Assembly (NCBI GenBank): GCA_964352215.1
Contig: CAYGRE010000005.1
Coordinates: 18,527-82,526, forward strand
Direction: 5' to 3'
Length of the DNA stretch: 64,000 nucleotides
Origin: an uncultured Bacteroidia bacterium
GTDB lineage: Bacteria; Bacteroidota; Bacteroidia; J057; JADKCL01
A model generated the notes under the pieces. That model saw nothing but the letters and a program-made list of their open reading frames with translations, was not told the origin of the DNA and did not search any database. The position numbers and the translations under genes are program-made. This document shows positions 13,701-22,700 of the stretch, piece by piece (within the stretch, counting starts at the first letter, position 1; each line of letters starts with the position of its first letter).

Positions 13701-16700
13701 CATAAGGAGCAGTGCCGCCGGTCGCGGTGGCGGTGATGCTTCCGTCGGTTGCGCCGTTGCAACTGGTATTGAAGCCACAGTTGTAAAGACTTGGTACCAT
13801 GTTGACTGCAATGGCAACTGGTTCGTTGACCGTTACATTAGCAGTTGCAGTACAGTTGTTGGCGTCGGTGACGGTCACAGAGTAGGTTCCGGCGGAAAGG
13901 CCGCCGGCCGTGTCCGTGGTCTGGCTGCCTGCGGCGACATCCCACAGGTAGGTATAAGGTGTACATCCCCCACTGACGGCAACCGTGGCAGAACCATTTG
14001 CATCGCCATTGCAATCGACATCAATGGCTGAAGTAGAGGTTGCCAGAACAGCGGGCTCGGTCAGGGTGATAGAAAGGGCAACGGTATCGCTGTTAGCATC
14101 GGTGACGGTTACAGCGTAAGTACCAGCAGCCAGTCCGGTTGCGGTGGCGGTCGTTTGTGAACCTGCTCCGGCATCCCACAGATAGGTATAAGGAGATACC
14201 CCGCCAGTGGCAGAGATGGTAGCAGTTCCGTCGGCCAGGCCATTGCAACTGATATTGTTTCCACAGCTGTTGGTTGGACTGCTTACGGTGGCGCTCAGAG
14301 GAGGAGTATTGGAACTACAGATCGAAATCGCCGAAATCGCCGCATTGTTTACACTGGACAGGAAGTCAATGTTAAGGGTACCGTCATTGACAGACACACC
14401 ATTGAAAGTATAAACATCGGCCGTCGCGGCACCCACCGTAGCGAAGATATCATAGTCGTCGAGCACAAGGCTGCCCTCAACTGTAACATCAAATACCCGG
14501 AGGCCATTGCCACCAGCTACTCCACCCGGAGCTCCAAAATAAGGTTCCATGAAGTAAAGGGTGACATCGTAAGTGCCATTGCCGGTAGGCAGGTTATAGC
14601 TGAAGTTGTTCCCGTAACGGTAAGCCAGGTAGAGGTCATCTTCGAGGGTTCCTGCAACCGGGAAGCTTTGAGTGCTGGGTGTATGTGTTCCCGTAACCCA
14701 GGAGGCGGGATTATCAGCAATAAAGGTATCCTGTACCGTACTGACATACTGAGGACCATTGACATTGACATTGAAGCAACCAGCCAAAGGACCAGATACC
14801 GTATCCACTCCAACCCCGAACAGATTGACATTCAAGGGGCTGTTGATGCCATCATGGTTAATGGTCAGGGTAGAAGAACGATTGCCCAGGGCCTGAGGTG
14901 TGAAATCGAAATTGTAAGTCACAGAGCTACCACCAGTCAAGGTCAGCGGCAAACTTGGTGCGCTTACAAAGGTAAAGTCAGGGTCACCGCTCAAGGGCAA
15001 GGCACTCAGGATAATATCCGTAGTACCGTTGTTGCTCAAGGTAAGGCCCAATTGGTTGTTGGACCCAAGAAATACGTTTCCAAAGTCGAGGTTTTGTCCG
15101 GAAAGACTCAGGACACCATCGGTTACAGCTGGCATGACATTGCAGACCAGGAATACATAATCCTGGTAGTCACCATTGGAAGCTTCTTCGAAGGCAGCCA
15201 GGTATGCATTTGGAATGATCACACCCTGGCGGTCTTTGGCAGGATACATGCGTACTGAGTGTGGGGTAGGCACAGATGCATTCAGCGCATCTTCGGAGTA
15301 GGCCGTATGTGCAGAACTGGTCGTATACCATCCAAATACGGCATTGCCCGGATCAAAATTGGTTCCTCCACTGGAAATGATCGGGTTCAGGGTTTGGTGC
15401 TGAGGCGTAACGCCTGACATTTCACCCACCTGGACCAGGGTTGGAGTTGCTCCGGGGAGGTAATAACCGTAAGGAAGAGGCTCAAGCGGTGAATAACGGC
15501 CCACTGGAATCATGGAGACATCACCGGGACCGGCCTTCTGGAACAGTGGTTCCAGCACTTCATCTCCGATGGCATTGGCAGTTGTACCCAGGATCAGGCC
15601 GGTTCCACCAACGTCAATATTGAAACCAAGGGTTTGTGCTACCCAGTGCAGTGGGGGTTCGTTGCTGCCTTCCAGGCCTTGCGCACTGACACCATAAAGG
15701 TCGGCACTCGCGGTTGGTGCTGCGGGATCGTTGGAAGCGAAATCCAGAGCCGCACTCAGTGCACCAGTCGTTCCGTTTGGATCGAAAGTCACATCCACGG
15801 TAGTAGATGCATAAGGAGGCAGGGTCACTGGCAAGGTTGGCACGCTGCTCAATGTAAACTGACCTGCATTGGCACCGGTAAGGGCAGCACCACTTACGAT
15901 CAGGGTATCAGTACCGTTGTTCACGACAGTAACGGTGACCGGACCATCTGTGGTTGTCTGGGTAGAAGCGAAAATGGCTTCTTCAGGAATAACCGCAATC
16001 TTTGGTACCCCTACGCTGTCATTGACAGGACGAAGTAGGGTGATACGGTTGCCACCGTATTCGGAAACATAGATGTGTCCGTTGGCAACGTTTTCACAGA
16101 GGTCAAGGGGGTTGTTGAATCCGGTAAATCCAATTACACCGGGTTCGTCGCTGGCGATGTCGCCATTGGGGCCACTGGGATCAAGAACGAGGATATCATC
16201 GTTGGCACTGTAACGGACGACCAACAATTTACCCTGGAGGTAACCGCCAAAGGCATCGTTTTTGTATTCAATCACTCCGTTGGGTGACTTGTGATCTCCG
16301 AAATCGAAGGCCGAACCGGCCCAGGCAATGTCGGGATCAGTTCCTACCGGATAGGCAGTTACTTCAGCTACATCGGTACCAGCTGTGGGGTTACCGCCAT
16401 TGAGGACGTACTCACCACGGGTTGGGTTCGGGCTACCGAAGTAGCGGTAAGGCCAGTTACCTCCTGAAGGGGCAGGCATCCGGAAGAGGAAGTCATGTTG
16501 GTTGGTGCTCACACCGTTCAATGCAGGAACAGTCGGACCACTGTAAGTAGTTCCGTCAGGACGGAGGGTTCCGGCCACGCTGGCCGGGGTATTTCCACCA
16601 GGTGCAGAACCATTGGTAGGAATATAAAGGTTGCCGTTGCTGTGCCAGACAAGGTCATAAGCATTTCGGGCACCGGGGCCAAAGATTTTCACTGCGGCGT

Positions 16701-19700
16701 TGGTGGCATAGGGGTCATAGGTTCCACCCTCTGAAGTCTGCACATTCAAGGGCAGGCTACTGTTGTTGAGGCTGGTGACATCAATCCGCAAGGTTGCAGC
16801 ACTGAGTAGGCGTTCCGGGCGGTTGCCCCAGGTATTGTCGGGAGCACCCATCGCGGTATTGGAACCTTGATTTACATAAAGCGCTCCATCGGGACCAAAT
16901 GCGAGGCTGTTGGTAACGTGGTCTTTGGTAGAACGGGGGAGATTCACGACAAAATCCTGGACATTCTGAAGGTTCTCACCGGTCAGACGGGTGATTTTTC
17001 CCTGCCAATCAGGTTGGCCGCTCAGGCCAAAGGAAGTATGGCTCACCCAGGCAATGAGGTTTTTGTCAGTAGAAGCAGGGTCAAATGCAAGACCGATCAG
17101 GAGGCGTGAGCCACCTTCTGCAGTTTGCAGACTGTTCAGGGTCTCCTGATTGGCCAGGGTACCGTCAGGATTGATGTCCCAACGATAAATCAGTCCGTCA
17201 ATACCGGAAGCATACAATTTGCCGTCAGGTCCGACCACCACGGTAGAGTAGGTATTACCATTGGTAATGGTCAATGGAATCTGCTCAAACTGTGGGATAC
17301 TGGATGCTGTGGTTGCATTTCCCGTCGTGAAGGTCATGGTGAAGGGAACAAATCCAAATCCTGATTCGTCCTGCAAGCCACTGGTTACTTCAAATGTGTA
17401 CTGCGTATTGGGCAAGAGCTGAACAGATGGGGTCAGAATGATGGCATCTCCACCACCAGTGGTATTCAGGACAGAAGGTACCGGTGTACTGGGTGAGCCG
17501 GTAGGATAAATCAAAACGGTGGTGCTGCTCAAAGTGGCAGAGTCGATGGCTGCATTGGGAAGGTTGACATCCGCGGTAACGGAAGTATTGACAGAAACAC
17601 CGGTGGCTCCATTGACAGGGGTGGTGGTGGTTACATTCGGGTTTTGTCCGCCAACGATTAAGGTTACGGAGGCAACTGCGGTACAGTTGTTGGCATCGGT
17701 TACGGTTACACCGTAGGTTCCGGCGGCCAGGTTGGTGGCAGAAGCGGTGGTTTGCGAACCGGCAGCAACATCCCAGAGATAAGTATAGGGAGAGGAGCCA
17801 CCGCTGGCGGTGGCGGTAGCGACACCATCACTGTTGCCACTGGTTGGAGCAGTGGTCTGGGAAGCACTTGCTGCCAATACCGGAGGATCGGTCAGGGTCC
17901 CGGATGCAGAAGATGTATTGCTGGCTGCGTCGGTAACGGTAACACTGAAGGTACCGGCAGCAAGACCTGTCGCGGTGGCAGTGGTCTGAGACCCGGCCGC
18001 AACATCCCAGAGGTAGGTATAAGGGGGTGTGCCACCATTGGCGGTGACGGTTAATGCGCCATCAGAGGCACCGGCACAGCTGATATCCGCACCATTGTAA
18101 TTAGAAGTGACCGCGACATTCGCAGTGAAGTTCGAAGCGCCAATAACCTGTACATTGTCGAAGATGCTGTTATTAATGGCACCATCGTTGTGAGAAGTCA
18201 CCGCCAAACCTACATACAGGGCCTGTGGCAGGGTGATGGTTTGGGTAGCTCCCTGTTGGGTCCAGGTGATTCCATCCGCACTGTAATAGCCCGTGAAATC
18301 ATTTCCGGAACGCACGATCCGCACCCACAAGGGCAGAATCTGGGTCGTTTGGTTGCTGTTGGAGATGGAAGTTCCTCCGGTTGTATTCCGGGATTGCCAG
18401 GACCAGCCATTGGCTCCACGCTTGAGCATCATGGCTTCAATCGAATTGGCATCGAGGGTTTCACGCATCATGACACCGGCCTTGGCCCATGGATTGGTAT
18501 TGGTGATACTGGTGACGCGGGCGATTACTTCACCATCTCCAACCAAGGTGGTATAGGCAAACTGGAATTCATCTGCAGTTCCCCAGATATCAACTCCGGA
18601 TCCATCCACGTACCAGGTGTCCGTAATTGAATTGTAACAACTTGCACCTACTGCGGCCACGTTTCCGATGTCCTGAGCAGCCCAGCCAATTGGCAGGGCG
18701 CAGGTATCACAAGTGGGAGTCGTCCCGTCAATGGTAGCGTTTCCAACGACGGTACAAAGGTTGGCATCGGTAATGGTCACTGAATAGGTACCATTGGTCA
18801 ATCCTCCTACGGTGTCGGTGGTGGCGCTGCCAGCGTTGGCATCCCAGAGATAGGTATAGGGCATTTGGCCCCCGGAAGGAGATGCGGTCAGCTCCCCGAG
18901 TCCGTTTTCAAGGCAGGCATCGACCTGGACCAGGAGTGGGATCACACTCAAGGTGACAGACCCGGTTGCGGTCTGGTTGAGGGCATCCGTAACTGTGACG
19001 GTATAGGTTCCTGCCCCTAAGCCGGTCAGGGTATCGGTGGTACCGCCATTGCTCCAGGTATAGGTGAGTGGGTATTGTCCATTGGTGACCTCTGCCCAAA
19101 TACTGCCGTCTACATCACCGACACATTCTATGTCGTTAATCAGGTTGACGCTTACCGTAAGCTGTGGGTTGACACCTTCTCCGGTCAGGACGATGGTATC
19201 AGGAGAGGTGGGTGCGTCGTGGGTGACGACAATATAAGCTGAACGCAGTCCTACCGTGGTGGGTGTAAATGTAAAAGGTACATCCACATTGCTGCCCCCC
19301 GAGAGGTTCAAGGGATAGGTTGGTGCTGTGAAAGCAAAGTCCCCCGCGTCCGCACCACCAATGGCAATGCCGGTAATGGTGAGGGTGCTGTCCACGGCTC
19401 CACTGTTGGCCAGGTTCAGGTTCTGAGCTGCCGATGTGGTCGCAACCTGCTGAGAGAAGAAGTGCAAAGGGTCCGGGGTAGCGACCAATGCTGCCGGAGC
19501 CGGATTGGCAGGACCCAGTGGTCCAACCACCTCAATCGCCCCCACCTTGGCATTCTGGATCACATTCACCCACTGGAGATCAAGTGAACCATCTTGTACA
19601 TTGACAATGATCGTTTCCTGGATCGCAGTCTGGTAACCGGCTTCTACCCAGATGTCATAGTCGTCCAGTACGACCTGCCCTTCCGCAACCACATCAAAGA

Positions 19701-22700
19701 CACGTAGATTGGCACCGTTGGCACCACTCCAGTTCTCGGAAAAGTGGAGGATCAATTCATAGTTTCCGGTGTCGGCCAGTGGGAAATTGTAAGAGAAGTT
19801 ACCGTACCGGTAGAATTGATAGAGGGGATCGTCCAGGGTGTTGGCGATGGCCAAACCACCGTTGGCAGTTCCCGAACCACCAGTAAAGTAATTGTCCGGT
19901 TCAAAAGTATTGCCGTTGACATCGATATGGGTGGTGCTGTTACAGTTGATCCGGTAGACACCCAGGTCCTGGAATCCTCCTCCGATCAGGGAAACACTCA
20001 AGGGGCCGCCAGCGCCGGTATGGTCTACAACCAGGGTGCCGGAACGGCCACCTGCCACGCTGGGCGTGTAAGTAATGTCGAGGTTGAGGCTGTCTCCTGC
20101 GGGGAGGTAATAGGGCAGGGTCCCACTGAAATTGCTGGTCCAGTCAGGATCACCGGTAAAACCAAGTGAGGTAATGAAGATACCCTGGTTGCCTCCGGTA
20201 TTGGTAATCGTGAAACTCTGCACATCCGAGTTACCGATGGTAATGGTTCCAAAGTCATAAGATCCGGGATTGCTGTTCAGGGTGCTGGCAAATACTGGAT
20301 TGCCGAGGGCCGGGCGAAGTCCGAAGAAGGAAAATGCCTCGATGGTATTCAGTTCGGGACCACCGCCGCGGTTGCCGGAACCGGCTGCGACGTAGAGAAC
20401 ACCGTTGTTGGAAATCATCGAGGTACCGTGACGGCCATCAATCATGTTGTCCAGTGAACGCCAGGAATCAGTGGTCGGATTGTAAGCCTCTGTTTCCTCG
20501 TGTCCGGCAGATTGGGTACCGGATTCACCACCCGCAATGATGATTTCATCACCGATATGTCCGGCAAAGCAACCAGCACGCTGAGTAGGAATGTTGCTGC
20601 CCGTTCCCTGGGTCACCCAGGTATTGCTGGCAATGTCATAGACATCCACCTGGCCCACGGTGGGACTGAATACCTGTCCTCCGAACCCAGTGCGGCGTCC
20701 ACCTGCATTGTAGATTTTCCCGTCGAACACTTCCGCATGGTAGTGGTCCCTTTCGATGGGGGCATCTGCCAATTGGGTCCAGGTTCCCGTCCGGGGATCG
20801 TATTTGTCCACCCAGGGTACCCAGCCGTTTACGTGACCATTCTGGATACCACAAACTACATAGACCTCATCGTTGTAAACCACGATGCCGGCTGAACCTC
20901 TCCGGCGACTCACAGGGATTTCCGGTCCTACGTGCCAGGTATCGGTGGCGACGTTGTAGATATAGATATTGGGGACAGGGGTTTCATTGGGATAGCCTCC
21001 GTTGAAAGCTCCGACTGCCCAGAGATTGCCTTCGTATTCGATGGCCTGGAAGTGGTGAAGTTCGATGGGAGCGGTGGCACCAGCAGTCCAGGTATTGGCA
21101 ACCGGATCGTAGATGTCTACCCGCCTGTTACCACGTCCACCGACGAGGTAGAACTTGTCGCCGATCTGTACCCAGCTGTTTTCATGGCGGTTTTGCGCCG
21201 CACCACTGGTGGGTACGATGTCCACCCAGTTTCCGGTAGCGGTGATGGCCTCCCGGTCAATGGTAATGAAGTCGTAAGTCTTGGGGAAGGTAGCACCACC
21301 GGCACCTCTTGAGGTAGAGATAAGGCCAACCGAGAGGACATTGCTGGTCCAGGCAGCGGGAATGGTAATGGGTCCGCCGAGATTGTTGACGGTACTTCCA
21401 TCAATCGAGTATTTTGGCTGGACCGTATTGTTGGTCGGATCGATGGTCAGGAATATATCAATGAAGGTTGAGGTCAGCAGACCTGCGTCGGGATACATGG
21501 TCTGTACCGGAGCTCCCACTCCACCGAAACCGCCTCCATTTTCTTCATAAACTACTTCAAGGCCACCAGCGCCTCCATTCGATGCGAGGGTTACTTTGAG
21601 GTAATTGTCCTGGTCACCGGTACCGATGTGGAATCCGTAGGACTGAAAATCAATCGGAGTTTGGTTGGCGAAGTGTCCCTGGATGCGGCCATTGATGGTA
21701 TAGGGTCCAACTTCACTGCCGACGTTGACACCAAACTGGAAGGCGTACTCCTGATTGTTAAGGGCACCAAGTGCGTCGCCGGGAGGTACGGAGTCCACCG
21801 TGAACTTGAGGGCTGCGCCCCCTACCGTCATATTGAAGGGATCATAGAGATCCATATAATCGGTGGTGTAGTCGGTCATCAGTCCGGTGAAGCCCCAGCC
21901 GTTGATACCGGGATCGATGGAGTTGTCGAACTGGTAGCTGACCGGAAGGCCGGTGGTGGTACCGTTGGCAGCATCGCGGGCAAAGAAGTCAACATTGTCG
22001 AGGATGCCATCGTTGTCATCGTCGTTGTCGGTGATGTCAGAGATGAAATCCTGGTCAAAGTCTTCAGGTTGTGATGCGGGGCTACACTGGTCGGTTCCAT
22101 TGGCCAATTCATCACCGTTGGAATAGCCGTCGCCGTCGAAATCGAGGGTGAAGCTGGTATCGTTACCGACACAGTTCACGAAATCCTGGGGTTCGAAGAT
22201 GGTGATGTTGTCGGCACCATAGGTACAGGCCCAGACGGTTCCGGGAAAGGGACCGGCATCGGGCTGCGCAATGACATCGAGTGGGGTAGCACCAAATCCG
22301 GAGAAGATATTGGACTGGGAAAGGACCTGGTCACCCGCTGCGTTCAGCTCAAAGCGAACGATGTTTCCGTTGAAGGCTGCGGCCAAAAGATTGCCTTGGA
22401 GTTGTCCGCCAAAATTGGTGGCGGTGTATTCACAGAGGCCGTTGGTAGAGGAACAAACCTGGGCCAGGGCACCGTCCTGGGTGACCGGATCACGGTAGTC
22501 ACAAAACGGGTCTTCCATTCCGACAGGAATGGGAGATTGAGGATTGGTGGTATTGAATGTGTTGTTTCGGTTGGCGCGGGTTGGGTTGGGGTGTCCCCCG
22601 TAATAGCCCTGGCCGGAGACATAGTGCAGGTTGTCACATTTGGAATTTGAATTGGCCTCGTTGGCATCGTTGGAGCAACTGTTGATCGGGGTTCCTCCCC

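Noticed and set aside
619-22498. Dozens of plus-strand and off-phase minus-strand ORFs listed across 1-23.6 kb, for example 11335..12585 (416 aa), 619..1377, 7300..8034, 5446..6132 and 22344..23084.
   Set aside because: They are Gly/Arg/Ser/Ile-rich, repeat-shadow-like translations lying opposite to or out of phase with the single stop-free minus frame, which gives clean domain sequence. They reflect repeat periodicity and codon bias, not genes.
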